The position numbers were made by a program, and so were the translations under genes. A stretch of DNA of 64,000 nt, taken from positions 31,732,388 through 31,796,387 of the forward strand of contig NC_092670.1 in the NCBI RefSeq assembly GCF_964355755.1, given 5' to 3'. Numbering within the stretch: the first letter of the stretch is position 1; each line of letters starts with the position of its first letter. Below, in pieces: positions 24,980 to 37,000 of the stretch. Source of the DNA: Antedon mediterranea. Its lineage: Eukaryota; Animalia; Echinodermata. The notes beneath the pieces were generated by a model. That model searched no databases. It was given only the letters and a program-made list of their open reading frames with translations, and had not been told where the DNA came from.

Positions 24980-24980
<1 letters not shown>
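24311..24980 (-). mobile_element. Penelope-like retroelement fragment with ~50-bp inverted repeats, inserted in (TA)n
   Basis: RT N-terminal motifs YRKLTTDPT and [49 protein letters not shown] (24562-24910). The inverted repeat AACATTAATTCTAAACCGCCCGGTGATATACTGAAATTTAATTAATTAATT is at ~24327-24377 and ~24912-24962. Confidence 0.85.
24418..24489 (-). tRNA. tRNA-like cloverleaf (tRNA-Glu/Asp-related; probably element-borne, not a housekeeping tRNA)
   Basis: GCCCCAG-TG-GTCTAATGGTTAGGAC-A-TCTGC-ATATCAA-GCAGG-CGGT-CCGAG-TTCGATT-CTCGG-TTGGGGC-G. All four stems pair and the A and B boxes are intact. The anticodon loop is atypical (apparent ATC). Confidence 0.65.
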
Positions 24981-25010
<30 letters not shown>

Positions 25011-25177
25011 GTAGGAGAATTTTACAGTAGGCGGAGGTATGCACTCTCGGAATGGCTTTCTAGTTAATATTACGTTCAAGTCACTTTTGATCAGAACTAG
25101 TGGTTTTCGCTAACAGAATCAATAACATACCTTAGATCATTTTTTGCAATGTTATCAAATGGATTTATATTTCCAGC

Positions 25178-25525
25178 ACTGTTTTAACTGAATTTTATCA
25201 CTGTTCTAACTGAATTTTATCACTGTCTTAACTGAATGTTATCACTGTTTAACTGAATTTTATAAGGGAAAAGTGAATTTCATTATTCCCTGATTTTATC
25301 AATATTATAACTGAAATCTATTACTGTTTTAACTGGATTTCACCACTGTTATTTAAGAAATGTTTCAACTAAATTTTATCACTGTTTCAACTTAATTTTT
25401 ATCACTGTCTAAGTGAATGTTATCACTGTTTTAAATGAATTTTATAAGGAAAAAGTAAATTTCACTATTCCCTGATTTTATCAATATTATAACTGAAATT
25501 TATTACTGTTTTAACTGGATTTCAT
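25178..25525. repeat. 22-bp minisatellite (ACTGTTTTAACTGAATTTTATC)n, copy 1
   Basis: Degenerate tandem units. Homologous arrays with the same flanks occur at ~44567-45040 and ~54780-55232. Confidence 0.85.
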
Positions 25526-25820
25526 GTGAAAAAAAGTTGTTTTTAGTAAAATAACATTTGTTGCTATTTGTCTGTGTTTCAATAGGATTTCAAGTTCTAG
25601 TTATTTCTGCGTATACGCATGCGCAACTGCTGAGCGTCATTATAAAAACTACGAATGTTTTATATACAAGTACACATTTTTATTTTGCTTGTATACTTAT
25701 ATAGTTGGGCTTGTAAAATCCTACTCAGATCTACTTTGATAATGTCGATCGTTTACAAAATCACTTAAAGTTGAATTGAATGACTCTATATATATAGAGG
25801 GCGCTATGTAAATGAAGACA

Positions 25821-28800
25821 TATATTTACTGAGCTCCGTCAAAGCTAAATCTTATCAAACTCCCAAAAGTAAGTTAAAGGATGAAATAAACTGAACGTAA
25901 GTTTTAAACAGCTTCTACAATCAAATAAAAGTAAAATAAGAAGTCGATTGTAAAAAATGAGTGCTACTAGAGCGAAATCTAAACAAATATCTGAAACTAC
26001 TGAGGCAACGCCTATGCCACGTCAGCTTAAAGTTCCCGCGACTACCGACTGACACGTCATCTTCTGAAATTAAGGCCCTGCGAAAAGATCTAAAAGAGAT
26101 GTTTGTTGATATTAATAAAAAAAATCGAAGATGGAGACATAATGTTGAAAGCATACAATGAAGGAAGACATCCTGTATTTAGAAATGGATCATTATATAT
26201 AGATGGGAGACTATACCGTGAACCTACAAAGTGACCAGACCACACTCTGTTAGTAAGAAACACACTTATTTAACATGAGATGGTATTTATGTAATTTGGA
26301 CAAAATACTATCCATGTCATGTTATTATACACAGCCCCACATTGCTGTGAACTGTTGCATACAGTGCATTCATATAAGTTGGGGTTGTTTATAAAATTGT
26401 ATATTTTGTATTACTACATTCATTAATAAGGGGTCACGGTAAAATAAATAAAATACTTTATGACGGGTAGCTAATGTACAGATATAGCAAATAAGGTTAT
26501 ATTTATTATAAAATATTTCTTTTGTCATTAGGCCCTATAATTAACTGATATTTATTTATATTAACGAAATTATATGTTTTCAATTCTAAATATTGATAAT
26601 TTTAATTACGAAGACGAAAATACAACCGCATTTAACTATAAGGAAAACTATTACTTTAGTATTGATACATTTAAATCCACGTTCAGTCAAACGTCAACTA
26701 ATAGTTTTTCTATGTTTGCATTAAATTGTAGAAGTATTGTTAACAAATTTGAAGAATTTAAAAATTATGTATCCTCTCTCGATTTTGAATTTAATGTAAT
26801 AGGACTTACTGAAACTTGGCTTTCAAGCAAACATCACCTTGGTTTATATACACTTCCAAACTATACACCTATCTTTAAAAACAGAGAAACCCAGACAGGG
26901 GGATGTGTAGCATTGTACATACACTCAAATATATCATATCAAATAAGAAATGACTTGTCTGCTATGATAAACGAGGGAGAGTGCATTATAATTGAATTAA
27001 AAAATAATGATAAATCAATTATATGTGGAATAATCTACAGGCCTCCTAAAGCCCATATTCCAACATTTAATCATCAACTTAGTGAATTAATGCACATGAT
27101 AAACAATGAAAATAAAAAGGCATACCTAATGGGTGACTTTAACCTAGATCTACAAAAATATAACTGTGACAATAATGTTCAAACTCACGTAGACAACATG
27201 CTAACAGAATCTTTCATTCCACTAGTCAATAAACCCACTCGAATCACAAAAGATACCGCAACAGTAATTGACAATATTAATACAAATTATCAGGAATTCC
27301 AAAATATTAACACAGGGATATTAGTTAACGACATATCTGACCACTTTGCAGTTTTCTGCATGGATGATTCAGAAAATTATTCATTACCACGATCAGAAAA
27401 ATTTATAATAAAAAGAAGCTATACTGATCAACAAAAACGGCAATTTAGACTTGAATTACAGGGCTATGATTGGCAATATGTAACTAACATTGAAAATGCA
27501 AATGAATCATATAAACGTTTCTCAGATCCTTTAAAAACAATGATAGATAAGCATTTCCCACTAAAAAGAGTTAGGTTAAAAGTAGATACAATTAAATCCC
27601 CGTGGATAACATATGGAATTCAAAAATCTCTTTGTACCAAAAATAAATTATACATCAAATATAAACAGAAACCAACAGATATAAATAAATCTAAATATAA
27701 GAAATACAAAAATAAGTTAACATCAATAATAAGAGAAAGAAAAACTACTTTATTACAAAAATGAATTTGAAAAGCACAAGAGTAATATAAAGAAAACATG
27801 GGGTGTCATAAACTCATTATTAGGTAGGAAGAAACATCAAGACATGCCTCAAAAAATGAAAATCAACTCCCATCAACTTAATGACCCAACATCCATAGCC
27901 AATGCGTTTAACACATACTTTATAAATATAGGTGACCAAATGACAGGTGATGATAACCGTAATATTAACACCGAATATAAAATACAACATGACATTTTGA
28001 ATTCAATGTTTTTTAGAGCTGTATCCGAGTCCGATATCATTAAATACATTAATGACTTAAATGTAAATAAGTCAAGTGGTTGTGATGACATTGGTACCTT
28101 TTATATAAAAAATAACTCGGATATACTGGCTAAACCGTTATCTCATATAATCAATGTATCCCTTCAATCGGGTGTATTTCCTTTTCAACTAAAAATTGCT
28201 AAAACAATTCCTGTGTATAAAAAAGGAGCAAGGGAGAACATAGAAAATTATAGACCGATATCGATATTACCATGTATATCTAAGGTATTTGAAAGGGTCG
28301 TATATGACCAAACAATCGCTTTTTTGTGTAAATATGAAATGTTACATGAATCTCAATATGGATTCAGGGCAGGTCATTCAACTAACCACGCCCTCCTACA
28401 AGTCCTTGATAATAACAACAGCCGTTGACAACAAGCAATTTATGATTGGCGTATTTTTGGATTTATCCAAGGCGTTCGATTCGATAGATCATGAATTATT
28501 GCTCACAAAATTGCCCCATTATGGAATAAGAGGCGTGGTTCTTGATTGATACCGTAGCTACCTTAGAGAAAGACAACAATTCGTACAAATTGGGAAGTGT
28601 CAGTCTGTAACCAAAATAATAAAACAAGGCGTTCCACAAGGGTCAATCCTTGGACCCCTGCTGTTTTTGATATTCATAAATGACATGTTTTCTGTAAGTA
28701 ATGTCGTTGATTTAATAATGTTTGCAGATGATACGAATATGTTTTTACAACACAATGATATCGTCACTGCCTTTACAATAATGACAAATGAACTAAATAA

Positions 28801-29877
28801 AATTGAGAAATGGTGTAAAACTAATAGATTAAATATTAATACAACCAAGACTACGTATATGTTATTTAGTGGAAAGAATACCAACATTGACACATCCCAA
28901 TTTGTACTTTCAATAAATAGAGTTTCAATAGATAGAGTACCATATACTAAATTTCTCGGTGTCATCATTGATGAGAAACTGAACTTTAGACACCATACAA
29001 ATGCAGTTTCTTCTTCATCCTCAATAATTGGTGCCATGTGTCATATAAAAAATTTAGTATCTACTCAAGTGTTACTTACCATATACAAGACACTTATATT
29101 ACCAGTGTTGATATATGGTATTATTGTATGGGGTGCGGGAAACAAAGACAATTTGGATCGCCTTCTTTTGCTTCAGAAAAGAGCTCTTAGGATTATTTGT
29201 AAGGTAGACTTTCATCATCCCTCTTCTCAGCTCTTTGTGAAAACGGGCACATTTAATATATTTGATTTGTATAAAAACAGTGTTTTAAATTTTATGTTTA
29301 AATACCAAAAAGGACAACTTCCAAAATGTTTTAATTCTTTATTCAGTTTATTTGATAATTATCATACATATAACACTCGAAATAAAGACAATTATTGTAT
29401 AAAATTAAAATCAACTAATATGGGTCAGCAAAGTATAGCATATAGAGGACCTAAGCTATGGAATTAACTTATAAGAAATATAAGAGAGAGTGAAAATATA
29501 TCAATATTTAAAAAACTATTACTAAATAAATGCATTAATAGTTATAAAGAAACAATATATCTTTGCGAAAACAACATTTGTAAAATATGTCTAACATTAA
29601 CTTAATTAATTACATTTTCGTATATATTCTGAGACTGTGAAGTATATATATATATATATATATATTATATTATAGTACGTTGTATTTTCGTTCATTTATT
29701 TACTACATGAAAACATTTTTGTAATATATTTGTAAATTTATATTTTAAGTTAGGGTGCCACAGATTAAAAGCTTTGCTTGCTTGTGGTTACCCTGTTTTT
29801 CACACTTTATTGTACTTAATTTTATATTTATATTTTTATGAATGTTGTGTGAAAAATAAAAGAATCAATCAATCAAT
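25821..29877 (+). mobile_element. Crack/L2-group LINE, disabled (ORF1 remnant, APE-RT ORF2, 3' UTR, (CAAT)n tail)
   Basis: ORFs 26574-27764 (LNCRSI, IGLTETWL, YRPP, GDFN, SDH), 27844-28428 (NYRPISILP, QYGFR), 28289-28549 (DLSKAFD) and 28667-29467 (FADDT), with a C-terminal CxxxxCxxC ending near 29604. Two frameshifts and two in-frame stops. Coiled-coil remnant at 25961-26161; AATAAA and (CAAT)n near 29855-29877. The 5' boundary is approximate. Confidence 0.9.
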
Positions 29878-32800
29878 GTTAATAAAAAAAATTTTGTATT
29901 TTATGGGCTCGTCCCACTTTTATTTCAGTTTGCATTACAAATTATTTCAATATATTATGTTAATAAAACTAATGAAATCATAATTGAATTTAAAAAACAC
30001 CCACGGCCAGTTGTTAAGAATGAAACGGTAGAGATAGGTTAACAGAGACAATTGTTACAATTATCGATGATAAACTCACAAAACTCAATCAATGTACGTT
30101 ACAAAGGAATTTAATCAGACACTCTTCTTTTTCAGAATTTGAAGATAAATGCATATAGTCTCATGGTTATGTTTTATAAATGATCAGTTTTAATCTTTAG
30201 GTTACCGTTTTTCCCTTTAAGGTTTTTACTAGTACTTTTTTAAACATTTAATCATTTTAACACATTTTAAATAACGTTGAAACTTAAATTTGTTTTTTCT
30301 TTTATAATATTTTATCGACCTTGTACCTTAACTTGAAAAAAAAACAACATTTGTTTGACTGCAAAAATTATACATAAATGTCAAATACTAATAGCATTTA
30401 TTGATTTTATTAAAAATGTGTTGGTGTTTTACATAACACAAACACTTTTAAGTTCGTTTACTTACAGTATAATATGTATGTAATATATACAATGATACAA
30501 GGTGTTTATACAAATAAAAAAATGTGTTATTATTTATGTGAACTACAATGTTGTCATTTTTACTTAGACGTTATCTTCAACCAAGTTAGTTACTTGCCAT
30601 TATAACTTCGAATGTATTGCCAAATACATCATCCAAATTAAATGTGTATTCCAAGATTAAAAAGTCACGAAAAATATTGTGTCGGAAAGTGGCCATCGAT
30701 CAAATTCTTCGGCGTTTAAATCGTGATGTTAATCATTTTATCCATTCATTCAGGTATGCAAGCAGTTTTACACAAAATTGGTAGTTTCTAAATTTTGCGA
30801 GGCGCGCGAAAAAATCCAGATATAACCCTGATGGCCTTTTTTGAAGAGTTTGAAATTCAATGGGTTTGTGTCTGATTTACTGTTTTTTATTTTTTTATAA
30901 GCTCAATCATTATTTGTTTAATATCCTGAAAAAAAACTACAAAATGACATTTCAATGTTTGATTTTAGTATTCTTTATTTTTTTCATAAAAAAGAAAGGG
31001 ACTGTAAATTATAAAGGTAACGTAATATCCTTTAGTATCCGATTAGATCATAGTTCAAGAATTTTGATTTTCACTCAGATGAAGAACATGGTGACTGAGT
31101 TGTTCAACCCAACCCAATATATTTATAGAAAAGACAACTTCAAAGAAGAGACACAGACCAAGGTTATCAAGTTGTTTGATAGCCTTGCACACTAGACTAA
31201 TGAAAGTGGTCTATTCTGTTGGGGAAGATTACCAAAAATCAGAAGACAACTCAACATCTTGTGATTAAGTTCTTGACATGGCCACAAGTTTGAGCATTGA
31301 AGTAGTGACGGGAAAAACATTTTACAAGCAACAAAATACAGTACATGGGATATGAGTGGTTTGCACTACGTACATTTTTGTTGGTATCTTTATATATGCT
31401 TACCTATATCCAGTGAACACAAAAATCGATGTTAACATTAAATATTCTCATTCCAAAGGTGGGATTTTAACGCATTTCTAATTATCCAATCAGTTCCACA
31501 GTTTTGGACAATTTTGGAGTAGGTAACACAAAATATCTGTAAGTGCAGTTTTCCGTGCTCATAATTTTTGGTATCAATGTATAAAGCAATGTCTCTTTAT
31601 TTTGATGTAATCAGGGAGTTGTTATTAGATGGAGCAGGGAGTTGAACAACTCCCTGATGTAATTAAATAAATAATGACGTCACATAAGGATATAAGGTTA
31701 TGTTTTTTTAAAGATGTAAAATGAAGATTAATTACAGCAGATTTTGATTATTTGTAGTTTCAATCAAGTTAATCAATTGCGTAGAAACAAAATCCAGAAA
31801 AACCATGTTTTTTACTAAAATGACAAAATAAATGGTTAAATTCAACCAAAAATCCAATGGCTGCCAGCCAATTTGACTTGTTTAAATTACAGTTTTTCAG
31901 GTAAATAATGTTTTTTTCGATCCAAGTGGATAACTATTATATGATATTAAAATGGCCTAATCAACAAAAAAATATTTTTTCAGAGGAACAATACATCTTT
32001 AAATAATGAACATTTCCGTATCTAAAACATGTAAATATTATTTTAAAGATAAGACTATTATATCTAAATTCATTCACATGCCCGTGTCTTTCATCATCTT
32101 GTATTAAAAATTAAATTAAATTTCAACAATCCGTGTAAGAGTTATTGAAACGTTTATCTTATTTGACAGTGAAATATTACAATAAAATGCTGTAATTTTT
32201 AAAATGGCCGTTACTATGGGCACAAGATACATATATCAAAAACAATTTTATGAGTGCATGTTTCAACCAAACCTCTTTCATTGTGCAAATTTTAAAGAAA
32301 ATCTATTTTTTTGACCTGGCCACCTAAAGGTCGATATTTATAGACAACTGCTCTTAAGTCTTTGGATAGTGGAATTATTTTTACAGTGTTGAAGCATATG
32401 AACTCATAACATTTTAGTTGGTATAGCCAATAATCATAATCACCTATTATCACAACCACCAACACCACACTTGTTGTAGCGACGATTATAGTAGGTTTAC
32501 TGAGATTGAATCTACTTAGAACTGTATTGTGTAGCCTAACTTTGCATTAGACCAACTATAAGACTACATAGTTACGATATTTATTTTTACTTTACTACAA
32601 TTACGTACGTGTGATACCGATATGTTTTTCTTAATTTGTATAGACAAACGAATGCTTTAAGAAGAGGTTTAAGAGGAACCGAATTACTACGTCAACAATT
32701 ACATAATTTTATGGTATCTGTATTGACAAACTGTAGGCCAATTGTGGCATGAGATTAATTTAATTCATCAACCCACGTGACCATGTTACTTGCAATTCAT

Positions 32801-34050
32801 GCGAGTTCAGTGTAACTGCACTATTGTATCAACAGTTCGAGGCACCACACAACACACAACTCTGTAAAAGTGCGAGGCACCACACCACACAACACACAAC
32901 TATGTAAACGTGACAATGAAATACACATTTATTTAGTATGTCCATAAGACATTAGATATGGTTAAAAAGCACCAGTATTACTAAAATCAAATCATTACAT
33001 TCTACTAAAATTTGATGTTGCTCAATCGTGTGTTTTTAAATCACAAAATTCTGTGATCGATGAATCAATAAGCTGGTAGAGGTGTGATCAAACCTGTTTT
33101 ATAAATCATTGTTGCTGTCAAACTGTCTGTTTAATGCATTACTAAACCCAGACATTAAAAGCAGAAAATGCATATTTCCAATTTTAAATCAATTAAGGAT
33201 AATAAGCCCGGACTTAAACGGAATAAAACATACTAAAGCCCGGCGTATACTAGAGCTATCGTCTGAGCCAACTGGCACGAGTAACACTTGGCTCACTAAA
33301 AAATTGGCCGCAAACTGTGATCGCGTTCTATCGAACGCACACTTGACATCTAAAACGATGTTTTAGATTCTATGTCTACATCCTTTAAATATCGTTGCTT
33401 TCCAATAATTGCGTTAAATTTCTTTAGATCCGCTCCTGTGGTTTTCTCTAAAATAGATTCACTACCTAACCTTACTATACATCATGCGTGCAGTGTAATC
33501 ATGTGTTCACTTCCAGCACTAATTATGCCTACCAAGTATCAGCTATTTATTATAATTTAATTTGATGTACAGTGCAAACGATTTTAATACAAGCAATACG
33601 AGTACAATTAATATTATTATTATCATAGGATATTACTGCCTTGTAGATTATTATTTAGTTTTAATAAATGCTTCTCCTGACGTGTAAACGAGAAACTATG
33701 GTAACATGCGGAGAATCATCGTACAAGTATTTGGTTATTTTACTAAGTACGAGACTATTTTAGATGCCATTCAATACAATTTGTTGACAGAGGTAAAACG
33801 TGCTGTCGTTTGATCAGGATCATTTTTTATATTCATTCAGGTAGGTATATGTTACATTTTAATTAGGTAAACAGTATTACTTTTGTTTATGATGTTAATG
33901 TATTTATATAGCGCATTTCCCAAAGAATGTCGTCTCAATGCGTTTTGGACTTACAGTAGATGTTACACTCTTCAACATTATTCTCTCCTAAGAGTCCCGT
34001 CATTTAAACCAGCCGTACTTTTTAATATAGTTTGCTGAATGTGTGTAAAA

Positions 34051-37000
34051 ATGGGACCACCAAGAGGACTTGCATTACTTTCAATTTTGGTTGTTACACA
34101 TTACATCATCTGTGATGCTGGTGAGTAGAGTATCTAAAGACGAGGATTATGTTTTGTGCAACAACATTGCTGTGATTAAGCCATAGTCAAGTCGAGAGAT
34201 AAATGCTAATGTTGCTGCATGCTTTAATACTAAGCCTCTGTTTCCTACCTTTACACATAAAACCGAACGTCCATGCATTTCCGGTGGCATGTTATTAAAC
34301 AATTTACATTTTTTGTCGTGATTATTTCACTTTAAATATACTCGTATTGTATCGTTTTAAATTAATGTAAACTTCAAAAATCTTCCACTAATTTAATGTT
34401 ATACACTACAGAAAATGTTAGTATACTTAGTCCAAAAAAAAATATTTGTGTGTGATGCTGAGTTCGGGTTGCAAAAAGTAGATATAACCTAGAACATTTC
34501 GAGGCGACGGTGCATTTCTTTTCAGGGTGTCCAACTGGATGGCATTACAATGCTGTATTTTCAAAATGCTACTGGGTCATCGACACAGTGGGTATAAGCT
34601 GGGATTCTGCAAGAGATATATGCCGCCAGAATTTTGGTGATTTGGTTGAAATTTATAGTGAAGAAGAAAACTCGTGGATACTTAACCGATTTATAGAAGA
34701 TTCCACATCATATGGAGCTTGGATTGGCTACCATGATAAAGACATAGAAAACCAATTTCAGTGGGTGTCAGGGAGGAATGCGACCTATACAAGTAGGCCT
34801 AAATTCTTTGATACTTCTACATTTTGTAAATAGAAAGATATTTGTGAACAGTAGATTGATTACCAGTAAATGATAGAATATACGACCGGGTCGATAACGA
34901 TACTAAACGTGATGTTGCTAATGAATGTTCGAGAGTGGAATGTTTTTGAACGTTTATAACACATTTTTATAACACTGTCCGTAATTAAACTATTATACAA
35001 TTTTCTCTGTCGAATAGAAACGGCGCCCACAGGTTGGTTTTGAATGAATGAATAAATGCGCTGCTTGCACAGCATTTGTTGTCAAATATATAAACATATT
35101 CGTACACAGACAAAGCTTTTAAGATTAATTATAAAAAAAAATCATAAAAACATCAAAAAACACGATAATGAAAAAATATCAAAATATTCAAAAGCATACA
35201 GGCAAAATCCTATAATGAAAATTGTCATGAGGCCTACTATGAGACAGTTTATCACTTTACTAATCTTATATATGTTTTGCTGTTATATATTTCGGAATAC
35301 ATAACTTTTTATATCTACCAGTTCGGATGTAAAGGGATCTAATACGGACTAATGATTGGAGAAATTCGTATTCCAATAAGGGATGAGACGGTTGTACGAG
35401 TATACGCTCTACCATTTTAAGGATCGCAGCTACATATTTAGACTTGATGTCGCACACGTTTAACTTTGCTATATTTATTAGATTTTTTATGGATTCTCCC
35501 TTAAGCCTGTTTTCCTGTCGACGTTAGTCGACGCTATCGTTAACAATAATCGGCGATCTTCTTGAAATGTTAATGATTTACAGGAAAAGGTACTCGCTAC
35601 CGTTATCATTTCAACTTGATCGTTTTCAAACGATCGTCGTTGAACTATTAACGATCAACGACGATAGCGTCGAATAACGTCGACAGGAAAACAGGCTTAA
35701 GAGACCCATGTAATTAGCTGTAAGACTATCGCCCAAGACTATAAAACAAAATCACACTGGATATCATCGAGTTATAATACAATTCTATAATTTTTTGGAT
35801 CAATATTAAATTTACGTAATTGTCCTTTTTTATATAGGTAAAGTTTATTGGGGTCCAATTAGGTTTAACGTACCTAAATATTTTTGGTTAAACCAGTTGA
35901 CAAGTACTTACTTGCTACGTTTCAGCTACTTTCAGTAGCCTTGGTCACGCAAATGACGTTGACATGATGTTCTGTCATTCGTTTTAGTTATTTATTTACA
36001 GTTATCAGTCTCGCGTTGCGCACAATTCGAAAATAAAATAAAAACATGCATGTGCACGATATTGTAGATGTATTTAAAGATGTATTGTCCCCCCAAAACA
36101 TGAAAAATGAAGATTAGTAAAATCAAACTTCGAATATGTTATTTTGTAGTTTTAATAAAGGTAATCACTTCTATAGAAAAAAAAAATGTTTTCACTTTTG
36201 ACCATTTCTTTGCTTTAAATTACATTTTTTCAGGTAAAATGCATTTTTTTTTCGATCAAATTTTCCGGTAAAGTGGATGACTATTATGTTACATTAAAAT
36301 AGATTATTCAACACAATTTTTTTAAAGAATTATTTTTTCAGGGGGACAATACATCTTTAAGTATTGTACAGCCTATTAATTGTATACAGTACAGTCTATA
36401 CACTGGTATTGTTATGATAAGCTAAGTTTCGGTGATTGATAGAACGTACTATTAACCTTGGATGAACAAAACAAATCATACCAACACTATAACCCCAGAG
36501 GCGCTAACCATCACCAGAACCCTTAAATTAGTTTATTGTATTTATGTATCTACATGAGAATATTAGTAAAACTCACTTTTGAATCATAAAAAAGACCTGA
36601 GTAACTACCAACAAATATAATATAATATAATAAATATATTGTATATTTTTACAATTGGAACATCAACAATTCATGTCTACACTTATTATAATTCCTTAGA
36701 TGTTCATAATACCGATAGAAAACATTTATCCCTGTTCTAATTCGTTTTTTAGACTGGGATCCTGTTGAACCCAACGACGGCGGACCAAAAGGAGGAGAAG
36801 ATTGTGCTACACTGTATAAACCTACGAATGGTAATTGGTATGATAACACGTGTGCAGCAAAGATGTGGGTAGCTGCTATATGTGAAAAGTGTAAGTGATA
36901 ATATATTGCATTTAGTAGATTCACATCACATTGATAAAACAATATTTTATATCAGTTTTGCCAACTATGATATTATCAATAATTTTCTCCAGATATTGAC

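Noticed and set aside
28547-28549. In-frame TGA as selenocysteine or readthrough in the Crack/L2 RT
   Set aside because: It replaces a conserved Trp (LDW) in a copy that has other frameshifts and stops, so it is simple decay.
23093-29037. Antisense or alternative-frame ORFs over the LINEs (23093-23284, 27873-28091, 28600-29037; likewise 21423-21767)
   Set aside because: These are shadow ORFs of the APE/RT coding frames.
30860-33560. ORFs repeated in each unit (30860/46770/56944 and 33109/47963) as conserved genes
   Set aside because: Their recurrence reflects the recent duplication; they have no recognisable domain and indels between copies break the frames.
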